A DNA stretch of 64,000 bases from a virus (Duplodnaviria; Caudoviricetes). Shown piece after piece: positions 18,598-27,982 of the stretch. The stretch spans positions 1 through 64,000 of the IMG/VR virus record IMGVR_UViG_2671180604_000001. The stretch is one strand, 5' to 3'. The position numbers and the translations under genes were made by a program. Positions within the stretch are counted from its first letter, which is position 1, and each line of letters begins with the position of its first letter. Below the pieces are notes generated by a model. The model saw only the letters and a program-made list of their open reading frames with translations, was not told where the DNA came from and did no database searches.

Positions 18598-20658
18598 ATG
18601 TCTGAATTTAAGAGTGGTCTACAGTACGACGAACTTGGTTTTTTAATAGGGCTAAAGCAATCAAGTCGTGACGTATCAAAAATAGATAAGAACGTGGAGC
18701 AAATCCGCGATATTTTACTTAGTTTAGGGAAAGAGATAGAGAGTCAGTACTCAAGAGCTGAGAACGAACCAAGACCAAAATTAAGCGCATTAGAACAAGC
18801 ACTCATTGATGCCCAGATTAAACCAGCTGATTTTTCTGATCTAATCCGTGAACAAGCAAATCCATTGGTTCAATCCTCATTAGCTTTAGATCGAGCTGCT
18901 AAATCAATTGAAGACTTGATAGCTGAATCAAGAAAATCTGACGATAACAATGCTCAACCTAAAGCAAAGCCTAAACGCCGTGCGATTGAAATTAATAGCA
19001 CTGAAGACGTTATAAGAGAATTTGGTAATAACGATCGCCAACGTGATGCAAACGGGCGATATGTTGGTTCTAGTTCCGAACAAACAACTTTGAGTAAAGT
19101 TACACAGACTATTGGGACCGCAATTAAGGGTGTATTACCTTCAAATCCACAGGGTGTTGACCCAACGCTTGACGCTATTAATGAAGTTGCGACTGTACTA
19201 TCACCAGTGAAGCGAGCAGCTGGATTTATGCTGCGTCCGCTTACTGGTTGGATGAAGTCGCGAAAACGCAATGAACCATTGCCAAAAGAACAGAGTGACC
19301 ATAATCGTAAGCTGATCAAAGTACTAGAAAAGATTGCTGCAAACAATGGAGGTGGATTATTTGGTCTATTGAAAATACTACCATTAGCATTAGCTGGCTT
19401 AGGTTCAACTGTGGCTGCTGCTGTTGCTGGTTTAGGACCAATTTTAGCAACCGCCCTTGCTGGTGCAGTTGGTGCTTATTTGGGTAGTAAAATTCATGAT
19501 AAGTTAGATGAAACTGAAACTGGGCAAGCCGTTAATGAATTTATAGGTAATGCAGCAGCTCGAACTCTTGCTTCACTAGGTAATGATGCAGCGAAAGAAG
19601 TCGTAGAGGCACATGATAAAGCTGACGATGCCGAACGTTATAAGTCTAGAAAAGAAAATCCAGCATGGTACTCAAATGATGGCGTATATCGCTTTGCACG
19701 TAAACTTGGTGTCCAACGTTACATGAAAGAAAATACACCTGGTTCGATGCTCTACCAAAAACAATACGGTGGACAGGGTGTTAATGGTAATGAGGTAGCA
19801 CAGTTTGGAGCTGCTGCAAGTTCAGGAAAATTAGTTGGAAACAATACGGCTGAAAAAACTTTGGCTTTAATTCGTAAACATGAAGGTTACAAAGAAAAAG
19901 CATATTGGGATGTCAATGCCTATAGAGTTGGGTATGGAAGTGATACTTTGACTGATAAAAATGGAAAAATTACTTCTGTAAATAAAACTTCGACTACTGA
20001 TAGGAAAGGTGCTGAAAGAGATTTAGTCCGCCGATCTAAAATATTTGCTAATGAAGCACGAGAAAAAGTCGGAGCGGAAAATTGGGATAAATTACCCGAT
20101 GATACAAAGGCAGCCTTAACATCGGTTGCTTATAACTATGGTTCATTGCCGAAAAAAGTAGTGAAGGCAGTTCAAACAAATGATATCAGTCAAATTTCAG
20201 AATCTGTTCGAAGTTTAGAGTCTCACAATGATGGGATCAATAAAAATCGTAGAAACGATGAAGCTAATATCATCAAGAACTCAATTATAAGAGAACCCAA
20301 TAAATATGCAGATTCAAAAGGTAAAAGAACAGAATCTCACCCAGAACAAAAAGTAACGCAAATTAGTAATGCTGCTGAACTTTTAAAGCAAAAATCTAAA
20401 ATGAATCAGCCATTATTAAATTTAAAAACTCCAGTAACACCAACTGCTACTCGTACAAGTAATTTTGGATCGAGTTATATTCAACCAAAAACTGAAACTA
20501 CAATCCAGCCTGCAAAAGAGTTTTTAACCTCACCGAAACCACAGGAAGTAGTTGTTAAGAATCAAAATAATGGTACTATCAATCAAAATGTGAGCAATCG
20601 ATTGCTTGCTCATGCAATAACTGGCGGCTTAGGAATGGGGGATAAATGGAACGTTTAA
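18598..20658 (+). CDS. Tape-measure / P1 Sit-like virion protein with GH24-type lysozyme domain
   Basis: Helical N-half, Gly/Ala-rich hydrophobic segment, LIRKHEGYKEKAYWDVNAYRVGYG...ALTSVAYNYG...RRNDEA. Confidence 0.8.
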   Translation: MSEFKSGLQYDELGFLIGLKQSSRDVSKIDKNVEQIRDILLSLGKEIESQYSRAENEPRPKLSALEQALIDAQIKPADFSDLIREQANPLVQSSLALDRAAKSIEDLIAESRKSDDNNAQPKAKPKRRAIEINSTEDVIREFGNNDRQRDANGRYVGSSSEQTTLSKVTQTIGTAIKGVLPSNPQGVDPTLDAINEVATVLSPVKRAAGFMLRPLTGWMKSRKRNEPLPKEQSDHNRKLIKVLEKIAANNGGGLFGLLKILPLALAGLGSTVAAAVAGLGPILATALAGAVGAYLGSKIHDKLDETETGQAVNEFIGNAAARTLASLGNDAAKEVVEAHDKADDAERYKSRKENPAWYSNDGVYRFARKLGVQRYMKENTPGSMLYQKQYGGQGVNGNEVAQFGAAASSGKLVGNNTAEKTLALIRKHEGYKEKAYWDVNAYRVGYGSDTLTDKNGKITSVNKTSTTDRKGAERDLVRRSKIFANEAREKVGAENWDKLPDDTKAALTSVAYNYGSLPKKVVKAVQTNDISQISESVRSLESHNDGINKNRRNDEANIIKNSIIREPNKYADSKGKRTESHPEQKVTQISNAAELLKQKSKMNQPLLNLKTPVTPTATRTSNFGSSYIQPKTETTIQPAKEFLTSPKPQEVVVKNQNNGTINQNVSNRLLAHAITGGLGMGDKWNV

Positions 20659-21035
20659 TATTGTGTTTTTTATTCATATTTTTCAGCATTAATGTTCATG
20701 CAGATATGGTGGGATGTAAAGGATTATCAAAACAATCAGATTTGAATAATTGTGCTAATAATTTTTTAGCTAAAACCAATGAAAAGCTTAATAAAGTTTA
20801 TTCAAATTATTTGTCTGACTTGACACCTGATGAGCAATCCAAACTTAAAGAATCTCAAAAAATATGGGGGCAATTTAAAGATAAAGATTGTGCATTTGAA
20901 TCTTCTCCAGTTAAGAAAGGTTCAATGTATCCTTATGTTTTATCTTCGTGTTTAGTAAATCGTAATGAAATAAGAATAGTTGAGCTTGAGAATATGATGT
21001 CATGTAAAAACGGGACTGAGCCAAGCTGTATATAA
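20646..21035 (+). CDS. LprI-family (DUF1311) lysozyme inhibitor, exported
   Basis: Signal peptide; C..QSDLNNCA..LNKVY..LKESQKIWGQFKDKDC..CL...R pattern. Confidence 0.8.
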   Translation: MERLILCFLFIFFSINVHADMVGCKGLSKQSDLNNCANNFLAKTNEKLNKVYSNYLSDLTPDEQSKLKESQKIWGQFKDKDCAFESSPVKKGSMYPYVLSSCLVNRNEIRIVELENMMSCKNGTEPSCI

Positions 21036-21098
21036 GTATAGGCAATAAATTATTGGCTCATGCAATATCAGGTGGATTGGGTATGGGGGGGAAATGGA

Positions 21099-21392
21099 AT
21101 GGTTAAAAAAATAATATTTGCAGCAGTAATTGTTTCACCAATAATTGCAGTACATGCAGGATTTTTTCCATCTAAGGATATCCAAAAGCTCATTGAAAAA
21201 GCAGAGATTCTAAATGATAAGTGTCGTGGCGGATCTGGTGATGATCCTAAAACTATGAAAGCGTGTGAGGAACGTGATAATTTGATTCTAAAAATTGAAT
21301 CAAAGGGTTATTGTTGGGGTTCTATGAACAAAAATGTTTCCACTAATTTATATACCTGGATTCCTTGCAAGAAAGATGTCACAAGGAAATAA
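21099..21392 (+). CDS. Small exported Cys-containing protein
   Basis: Signal peptide MVKKIIFAAVIVSPIIAVHA; CRGGSGD...ACEER...GYCWG. Confidence 0.7.
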   Translation: MVKKIIFAAVIVSPIIAVHAGFFPSKDIQKLIEKAEILNDKCRGGSGDDPKTMKACEERDNLILKIESKGYCWGSMNKNVSTNLYTWIPCKKDVTRK

Positions 21393-21619
21393 AATATAAC
21401 TTTAAGAGAGTTAATATCAATTTAAACTTTAAAAAAATTCATTTTGAAAAGTCTGTTAGATGCTTTTTTTAGAAAGTTTAGGAAAATTATTAAATATTAT
21501 ATAAGTACACTTTTTGAGATGAAATTAATAGAAATTCTATGAGGAATTTATAATTTATATAGACATATTTTAATGTTTTTAATAAAGTAGCGCATTACTT
21601 TCTGTAGCCCTTTGAGTTT

Positions 21620-22393
21620 ATGAAAAATTTTTATGCTTTCTTGGGGATGTCAATTGCATTAATTATTGAGCTTATCTTGATGACTATACTTGTTAAAAAA
21701 ATACATCCTAAGTTTTCTATTCCTTTGATTGGATTAATCACTATTTTAATCTTAATAGCGCTTTCATTTTACTTTCCAAAACATGACTTTGTTGATAACT
21801 ATCTCACGGTCAATGGTGCCGTTTTTACAATGATTGGAGCTGTGTTTACAGTAATAAATACAATTATCGTGATTTATCTAATGATTTGGCTACATAAAAA
21901 AGATTCATCATTAGCTTTGATGTCACACTTTCATGAGTTACAAAAAGAATTGATTATCATTAATAAATTTTTTAAAAGTGAGTTGGAATACTTTGAAACC
22001 AAACAATCTGATCTATCAGAAAACCTATATTTTATGAGCCATGAAGAAAGTGATCCAGAACATAAAGAATTATATCAACTTGAAATTAGTAATTTAAATA
22101 CAGTAATTAAAAGTTACAAAGAAGTTTTTACTCTGTTTATAGATTTTAGAGATAAATTAAAGTTAATCAAAGATGTTAACTTAACCAAAGTTCAGAAGCT
22201 TTCTACTGTTGTTAATTTACTTAATGAAATTTTTGCCTTAAAAAGTCCTGAGGCTAGTTATAAAAAGAGTTATTCAGAAGGTGCTGATCTTGATGCAGAT
22301 CCAAAAGAACAAATTAATGCAGCAAAAGAATCAAGTTTGACTATTATAGGTGAATTGAACAATGTTTTTGAAGTAACAGTTGAGACTACATAA
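21620..22393 (+). CDS. Membrane protein, 3 TM plus cytoplasmic coiled coil (moron)
   Basis: 257 aa, very AT-rich. Confidence 0.7.
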   Translation: MKNFYAFLGMSIALIIELILMTILVKKIHPKFSIPLIGLITILILIALSFYFPKHDFVDNYLTVNGAVFTMIGAVFTVINTIIVIYLMIWLHKKDSSLALMSHFHELQKELIIINKFFKSELEYFETKQSDLSENLYFMSHEESDPEHKELYQLEISNLNTVIKSYKEVFTLFIDFRDKLKLIKDVNLTKVQKLSTVVNLLNEIFALKSPEASYKKSYSEGADLDADPKEQINAAKESSLTIIGELNNVFEVTVETT

Positions 22394-22433
22394 CTGAAGA
22401 ATATTTACTTAATATTTTAATTTGGGGGGATAT

Positions 22434-23051
22434 ATGGAAGAAGAACAAAAAGTTGATTCAGACAAATTTGAGTTTCTTTACGACTACAAGTGCTTACATT
22501 TGAGTATATTGAGAGATGATTACAAGGAGTTAGAAAATAAAGCAACTAAATACTTAACTTTTATTACTTTTGTATTGACAATTGTAACCTTTTTATTTCG
22601 TTCATATATCATAGAGCCGGATACCACCAAAGGGATATTATATTACTTATCGTTAGCCCTATTATTTATATACGTTATTTCTGTTTTTCCACCTTTGCGA
22701 CAGTTGTTCTTATGCATAAAAATAAGTAAGTTAGGTGATTTACCTGTTGATGGAGTAAGGCAATACTTTCTCGATCATTCAAAGGAAACCGTCTATTTAG
22801 GAATGTCAGATAGATTGGACCAAATTATAGATATATATAAGAAAATTAATTTGGAAAAAGCAGGTTATTTGAAAAATGCATTCAAAGAGATCAAAACCTG
22901 TTCAATCATATTTTTATTATTTATAATTACTTTTTTTTTAAACATACTCATAAATCATCCTGATGAAACCAAAAACTCAGACCGAGACTCAGAAACCACC
23001 CAAAGAACCACAACCACAACCGCCTTATCACCCAGCTCCAGAGATAGGTAA
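22434..23051 (+). CDS. Three-TM membrane protein with Pycsar-effector-like topology (moron)
   Basis: LENKATKYL + TM + TM ... INLEKAGYLKNA + TM. Confidence 0.7.
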   Translation: MEEEQKVDSDKFEFLYDYKCLHLSILRDDYKELENKATKYLTFITFVLTIVTFLFRSYIIEPDTTKGILYYLSLALLFIYVISVFPPLRQLFLCIKISKLGDLPVDGVRQYFLDHSKETVYLGMSDRLDQIIDIYKKINLEKAGYLKNAFKEIKTCSIIFLLFIITFFLNILINHPDETKNSDRDSETTQRTTTTTALSPSSRDR

Positions 23052-23109
23052 AAGGGTAGGTAGTTTAGATAAACCAAGAGATAAAGGTATTAGAAATGAA
23101 TACAAATAA
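22963..23109 (+). CDS. Proline-rich micro-protein, 48 aa (not in ORF track)
   Basis: MKPKTQTETQKPPKEPQPQPPYHPAPEIGKRVGSLDKPRDKGIRNEYK; overlaps the tail of the TM gene in another frame. Confidence 0.5.
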   Translation: MKPKTQTETQKPPKEPQPQPPYHPAPEIGKRVGSLDKPRDKGIRNEYK

Positions 23110-23182
23110 CCCCAAACCACCAGCTCCGCCAGAAGTACCTGCACCAAATATTTCTTACGAAGAAAAAAGTGTAAAGCGCTAA
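23096..23182 (+). CDS. Proline-rich micro-protein, 28 aa (not in ORF track)
   Basis: MNTNNPKPPAPPEVPAPNISYEEKSVKR; AAGGT upstream. Confidence 0.5.
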   Translation: MNTNNPKPPAPPEVPAPNISYEEKSVKR

Positions 23183-23193
23183 TTTCCTTTCAT

Positions 23194-23219
23194 ACAAAGT
23201 CTTGTATACAAGACTTTGT
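23194..23219. repeat. Perfect 26-bp palindrome
   Basis: ACAAAGTCTTGTA|TACAAGACTTTGT, 11 bp after the second micro-ORF. Confidence 0.75.
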
Positions 23220-23271
23220 TTATTCTCAATTTTAATAGTATCAATTTTACAAAAATATTTCGAATATCTTT

Positions 23272-23610
23272 ATGAAAACAAAAATCTTACTTCTAACCAT
23301 TCTTACTACTGGTCTTGTTGGTTGTGATAAACAACCTGAACCGAAGCCAACTAAGAGTGAAATACAATCACAATATGATGTTGCTGATCAAAAAATCGAA
23401 AAGTTCCTTGATGTGTTAGATGATCCTAATGCTGATAAAGAACAGCAGACAAAGATACTTTGTGAGGACTATCCTAAAGTATATGAATTGGATTACATGC
23501 CAGCTTTATTGAAAATTTCTCCTCAAGATTATACAAAGGAAAAACTACTATCTGATTTCAAAGTGGCATCCGATTATTACAAAGAAAAGTTAGGGATTAA
23601 ATGTAGCTAA
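23272..23610 (+). CDS. Lipoprotein
   Basis: Lipobox LVGC after a hydrophobic signal. Confidence 0.8.
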   Translation: MKTKILLLTILTTGLVGCDKQPEPKPTKSEIQSQYDVADQKIEKFLDVLDDPNADKEQQTKILCEDYPKVYELDYMPALLKISPQDYTKEKLLSDFKVASDYYKEKLGIKCS

Positions 23611-23632
23611 AGTATGAAAGGATGATAACTTC

Positions 23633-23890
23633 ATGAAGTTAAGTAAAAATTGTCAATTAGATATTAGTAATCATAAAACTCAAAATTTAAGCGAGTTATT
23701 GGATGGATATAAAAGATATTTAGAAGAGTTCAAATTTAAGAACACTTATCTAAAGCAACTTATGTATGTCAGAAAAAATATACCGCAGGTTTATTATTCC
23801 TTGTATGACGTGAAAAATGAAAGTGAGTTGATTAATAAATTTGTTCAATTGTATGAAGCACACGAGAACTTAGGGGATGAACTGATTTAA
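23633..23890 (+). CDS. Hypothetical protein
   Basis: 85 aa, AAGGA RBS. Confidence 0.6.
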   Translation: MKLSKNCQLDISNHKTQNLSELLDGYKRYLEEFKFKNTYLKQLMYVRKNIPQVYYSLYDVKNESELINKFVQLYEAHENLGDELI

Positions 23891-23896
23891 GTTGGA
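23874..23896 (+). repeat. Left copy of a 23-bp direct repeat bounding the hydrolase/SDR/AraC cassette
   Basis: GGGATGAACTGATTTAAGTTGGA, identical at 27274-27296. Confidence 0.9.
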
Positions 23897-24010
23897 TAAT
23901 ATTCAATATTAATTAAATATAATTCAGCATAATGATACATCTACTTAAGTAGAAAAAATTAAAAATACTATTGAGTTTTTTACTCCAAATGTTCTTCTCG
24001 TATTTATAAA

Positions 24011-24967
24011 CTAATCTATGTTTAAAAAAACTTTAACAGGTGCAACAGACTTTAAAGGATCCTCCTCTTGCGGAACATGCCCCAAATTTTCAAATTTCAC
24101 AAGTTGACTTTCATTAATGTCTTTGTGGAATTGATCTGCATACGCAACTGGGATCAAATTATCCTTTTCTCCCCAAAGAATTAAAGTAGGTTGGTTAATC
24201 AATTTAATCAGTTTGGAGTCTTTACTGCTATTAGGTATTTGTTTAAAGCGTTGTATCAATGCATGACGATTCCCAGCACGCAATGTAAGGTCATAATAAC
24301 GATCTACTAATTCAACAGTAACTTTATTCGGATCAGCGTAAACATTTCGTACGCTAGATTCAACCATCTTACGTGGCAAGGTGTACTCCATTATTTTGTT
24401 CAATAATGGGATTTTGGCAATTCTAAAACCAATTGGCATCGACTTAGAATTATCAGGATATCCTACCGCATCTACTAAAATGAGCTTATTTATTCGTAAT
24501 GGTTGTTTAAGAGCCGTATGCCACGCTAATGCTCCTCCGAATGAATTTCCTACTAATACGTATTGTTGAATTTCCATAATATCCAAAAATTCTTCTAAAA
24601 ATTCGACATAGTGATCCATTGTATAATTGTCATCGGGAAATGGACCTGTGAGTCCAAAACCAGGTAAATCCAAGCGAATGATCCGCCGTTGATGTTTGAG
24701 ATTTTGAGTCCAACCTTCCCAAGTGTGTAGGCTAGAAGATGTTCCATGCAATAACACAATGGGATTCGGATCGTCACGAGGACCTTCATCACGGAAGTGT
24801 ACATTCATTTTATCTACCATGACGAAATTTGATGGAGGGGTTCCCCATTTTGATTTTAGGTCGGTTAATGGTATGTCACTCGTACAACCCGTCATTGTAA
24901 TAATTAGAACCATTGAGAGCATCATAGTAATACCCGATCCGAAATAGTATCGTTTGAGTGCTTGCAT
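24011..24967 (-). CDS. Alpha/beta-fold hydrolase (lipase/esterase), probable lipoprotein
   Basis: LLHG, DLPGFG, GNSFGG nucleophile elbow, WGEKD, GHVPQEE; MTGC lipobox-like. Confidence 0.9.
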   Translation of the reverse strand: MQALKRYYFGSGITMMLSMVLIITMTGCTSDIPLTDLKSKWGTPPSNFVMVDKMNVHFRDEGPRDDPNPIVLLHGTSSSLHTWEGWTQNLKHQRRIIRLDLPGFGLTGPFPDDNYTMDHYVEFLEEFLDIMEIQQYVLVGNSFGGALAWHTALKQPLRINKLILVDAVGYPDNSKSMPIGFRIAKIPLLNKIMEYTLPRKMVESSVRNVYADPNKVTVELVDRYYDLTLRAGNRHALIQRFKQIPNSSKDSKLIKLINQPTLILWGEKDNLIPVAYADQFHKDINESQLVKFENLGHVPQEEDPLKSVAPVKVFLNID

Positions 24968-25009
24968 GACTATACTCCGTGTGATTTAGGTGAAATTAAC
25001 TAGGTTGGT

Positions 25010-25822
25010 TTAATTCATTTGATTAGCTCGATGACTAATGGAAAACTTACGCGCGATTTTAGTTGCACCTGTCAATTTTTGAGCTAAAAAGTTCATAGTT
25101 GGCGAGAAGTACGCTAGATGTATCCCCAAATCGAGAATAAAGCTCATTACATTAACAGATGCTAGATTTTTTTTGATAGCTCGAACAACCGCTAGAGCTA
25201 CTTCATTTGAGGTGCTGCTAGGTGTACCAAATGGTAAAATGACACCACTATCGGCAATCATGCCTGCATCACGAATAGGTCCTGGATAGATGGTGGATAC
25301 GCCCACACCAGTTCCATGTAAATCCATTCGAATACAATCAGCAAATCCGCGTAAACCATATTTGCTAGAACTATATAAAGATGACAATGAAGAAGGCATT
25401 TTCCCTGAGATTGAACTAACAAAAAGTAAATGTCCATGTCCACGTTCAACCATTTGTGGCATCAATCCTCTTGCTAATAAAATAGGTGCTCTTAAATTAA
25501 CAGTCAGGCAATTATCAATTTCTTGCTTTGAACAAGCTGTAATATCGTCGATACCAGGTAAGCCTGCATTGGCAATTAGAATGTCTACTTTACCCACTTC
25601 AGATAAAAGTCTTTCTAAATCTTCATCGCAACTTAAATCAGCAGCAATGAAAGATACGTCGTCAGCTGTACCACCTAGTTCCTTAGCAAATTGGGATAAG
25701 TTGGTTGTATTTCGACCACTTAAGATCAGTTGTGCTCCTTGAATCTTTAATTCGCGTGCGATCGCCATTCCAATCCCACCTGTAGCTCCAGTAAGTAATA
25801 CTCGTTTACCATTAATATCCAT
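25010..25822 (-). CDS. Short-chain dehydrogenase/reductase
   Basis: TGATGGIG, NAG, YSSSK. Confidence 0.92.
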   Translation of the reverse strand: MDINGKRVLLTGATGGIGMAIARELKIQGAQLILSGRNTTNLSQFAKELGGTADDVSFIAADLSCDEDLERLLSEVGKVDILIANAGLPGIDDITACSKQEIDNCLTVNLRAPILLARGLMPQMVERGHGHLLFVSSISGKMPSSLSSLYSSSKYGLRGFADCIRMDLHGTGVGVSTIYPGPIRDAGMIADSGVILPFGTPSSTSNEVALAVVRAIKKNLASVNVMSFILDLGIHLAYFSPTMNFLAQKLTGATKIARKFSISHRANQMN

Positions 25823-26142
25823 ATATGACTCCTACGTGTTCATATTTCGGGTTGTGCTAAAAATTATTATTTACCTTCGTCTTTTTAATCGTTGAATTCT
25901 CAAGAATGTTTGTCAGATCAAGAAAATTCAAGAAAGGAATTATCTTTAATCTTATGAATCTTAGAATTGATTCAATAGTGATGGCGATAAGTCTCATTTC
26001 TTTAGATAGATACTCTAGGAATAAATTAAACGAGTCGTTAGAATGTCAAACAGCGTAAAAGTTGTATTGTTCTAAAATGCATTTTGATTGTGATTTCACG
26101 CAAAGGTGTTAGGAAATTAAAACTCAAATTAGTAAAGGAAGT

Positions 26143-27129
26143 GTGAGCTCAGTCTATGTAAGAGCTTTGCTGGACTATCTGATAAATATTGGAATTGATC
26201 CAAAAAATCTTTTTGATAATGATCTCATCTCAGCCATCCATGCTCAAGATCGACGTATTTCTATTCCTGATTGGCAAAGGATGTTTGAAAAATCGATTGC
26301 GTTTACTAATGATTCGAATCTCCCGCTTAAAGTTGCTGAAATTCAAGAACCACGTTATTTAGGTATGCTTGGATTTGCCGCTATGAGTAGCCGAACACTC
26401 GGAGATGCAATTTCGATACTTGTCCGATTTGAACAATTGGTAGATGATGTTAATAGCGTACATTTAGTTGAAAAAAATCACCTTATAGAACTGCATTGGA
26501 TACCACTATCTGCATCCTCACCGATTTTTATGCAACTTTCTTTAGCTTGCTGGATAATTTTAGCCAGAATATTAACCAAACAGCCTACACTAGAGTGTGA
26601 AGCACATTTTAGCTTTAAAAAACCATTGAATCTTGAAGCCTATTATAGAATATTTGGAGATGCAGTGAGTTTTGAAGCAGAATCAACAAAATTAGTTTTC
26701 GATAAATCTTGGTTGAATTTACCTATTACTCTTTTTGATTCAGTGACCAATCATTTGTTAATAGGTCAAGCTGAAGAAATGCTACGAACAAAGAATCAAC
26801 CAGATTTTTTAAAAGACTTAAATCGCTATCTTTCTGCAAACCTAGCAACTAATCAGGTAACAATTTCCGAAGCTGCGAATGCTTTAAACCTTACCCCGCG
26901 AACACTGCAATTTAAACTACATGAACTAGGTTTAGGTTATAGAACACTCCTTGAAAAAATTCGACATGAACATGCAGAACGTTATCTCAAACATACGGAT
27001 TTAACGTTAAATGAAATTTCTTTTTTATTAGGTTACTTAGAGCAAAGTTCTTTTCAAAATGCCTTTAAACGTTGGACTGGTAAATCTCCAGGAAGCTTTC
27101 GTAAAAGTTTTGAGATATTTAAGCAATAA
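26143..27129 (+). CDS. AraC-family regulator (OruR-like N-terminal domain)
   Basis: C-terminal double HTH, EISFLLGYLEQSSFQNAFKRWTGKSPGSFR; divergent from SDR/hydrolase. Confidence 0.92.
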   Translation: MSSVYVRALLDYLINIGIDPKNLFDNDLISAIHAQDRRISIPDWQRMFEKSIAFTNDSNLPLKVAEIQEPRYLGMLGFAAMSSRTLGDAISILVRFEQLVDDVNSVHLVEKNHLIELHWIPLSASSPIFMQLSLACWIILARILTKQPTLECEAHFSFKKPLNLEAYYRIFGDAVSFEAESTKLVFDKSWLNLPITLFDSVTNHLLIGQAEEMLRTKNQPDFLKDLNRYLSANLATNQVTISEAANALNLTPRTLQFKLHELGLGYRTLLEKIRHEHAERYLKHTDLTLNEISFLLGYLEQSSFQNAFKRWTGKSPGSFRKSFEIFKQ

Positions 27130-27273
27130 TGAGAAAGGTACTTCTAATAAAATATCTAATGATATGAGTAAAATAAGTGAATAATATTGGCTATTCATAA
27201 ATTCAATAAAAAGCTTTTAAAATTAAATAAGTTAGCATGTTAAATAGCCATTCTGAGCCAAATATGAAGTTAA

Positions 27274-27296
27274 GGGATGAACTGATTTAAGTTGGA
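27274..27296 (+). repeat. Right copy of the 23-bp direct repeat
   Basis: Runs into the TGGAAC promoter motif at 27293. Confidence 0.9.
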
Positions 27297-27333
27297 ACAG
27301 CCATACTTAAAAGAGATTATATTACTTCAAAAT
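27293..27333 (+). promoter_or_regulatory. Late-promoter-like element
   Basis: TGGAAC 27293, AAAAT 27329 (30-nt spacer). Confidence 0.7.
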
Positions 27334-27361
27334 ATCCTTATAGAAACACAAGGCTTTTATT

Positions 27362-27877
27362 ATGGGTATTTTAAATTTAATAGCAATTACACCAGATTCG
27401 CCGTATATCAAAAAAATCAAATCAGCTTTGGAGAAGGCAACAGGTCAAAGCATTCCTTTGGTTGAAATTAAAAAGGTCCAACGTAAAGGCGGTGTAAGTA
27501 TTGTACCTGTATTTTTAGTTTTTGCTGGTGGGCAAGAGCTAACACTTTTCGCTCGAGCAAGCGCGGATGTGTTTAAAGCTGAATTGAATGGAAAAGAGAT
27601 CGTTTTACCAGGTGATTTTAGTGACGATTATAAGCAGACTTTTGATAACGCCGTTTCAGGAATTGCAAAGTTGATTCGCGATTCACAAGCCAAAGTAGAG
27701 CAACAAAACCAAAAAGGAAAGGTTAAATTGCCACCACGAAAAAATCGTAGTATCCAACAGCAAATCAGTGATAAGCGCGAAGAAGAAACACTACTCGATC
27801 TAGAGCTTTCGAATCTGACAGCACAACGAGACCAGCTTCTTGAACAACTAAAACAAGCACAGACGAATGCAGCGTAA
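27362..27877 (+). CDS. hdf: Hdf-like protein (stand-alone DarA N-terminal-type domain)
   Basis: KVQRKGGVSIVPVFLVFAGGQELTL...LNGKEIV resembles the corresponding segment of the DarA homolog at 55460; C-terminal coiled coil. Confidence 0.7.
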   Translation: MGILNLIAITPDSPYIKKIKSALEKATGQSIPLVEIKKVQRKGGVSIVPVFLVFAGGQELTLFARASADVFKAELNGKEIVLPGDFSDDYKQTFDNAVSGIAKLIRDSQAKVEQQNQKGKVKLPPRKNRSIQQQISDKREEETLLDLELSNLTAQRDQLLEQLKQAQTNAA

Positions 27878-27888
27878 TACTTAAAGAT

Positions 27889-27915
27889 AAAAAGACTACT
27901 TCGGTAGTCTTTTTT
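27889..27915 (+). terminator. Intrinsic terminator
   Basis: AAAAAGACTAC-TTCG-GTAGTCTTTTTT (cUUCGg loop). Confidence 0.85.
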
Positions 27916-27917
27916 AA

Positions 27918-27958
27918 TGGAACAAGAATAAAAAGTAACAGGTTCAAAGCAATAACCT
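27918..27958 (+). promoter_or_regulatory. Late-promoter-like element
   Basis: TGGAAC 27918, immediately after the terminator; TAACCT 27953. Confidence 0.6.
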
Positions 27959-27982
27959 TAGCTAATAGCTTTGGAGTTTGCC

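Noticed and set aside
18954-19346. Antisense/shadow ORFs (this one and e.g. 25290-25742, 32327-32659, 47724-48125)
   Set aside because: Entirely opposite well-supported genes, with no RBS or motifs
19850-20280. Lysozyme domain as the lysis endolysin
   Set aside because: It is embedded in a 686-aa tape-measure-like protein; no stand-alone endolysin was recognised in the window
22434-23051. Complete Pycsar/CBASS system
   Set aside because: Only the effector-like topology is present; no cyclase nearby
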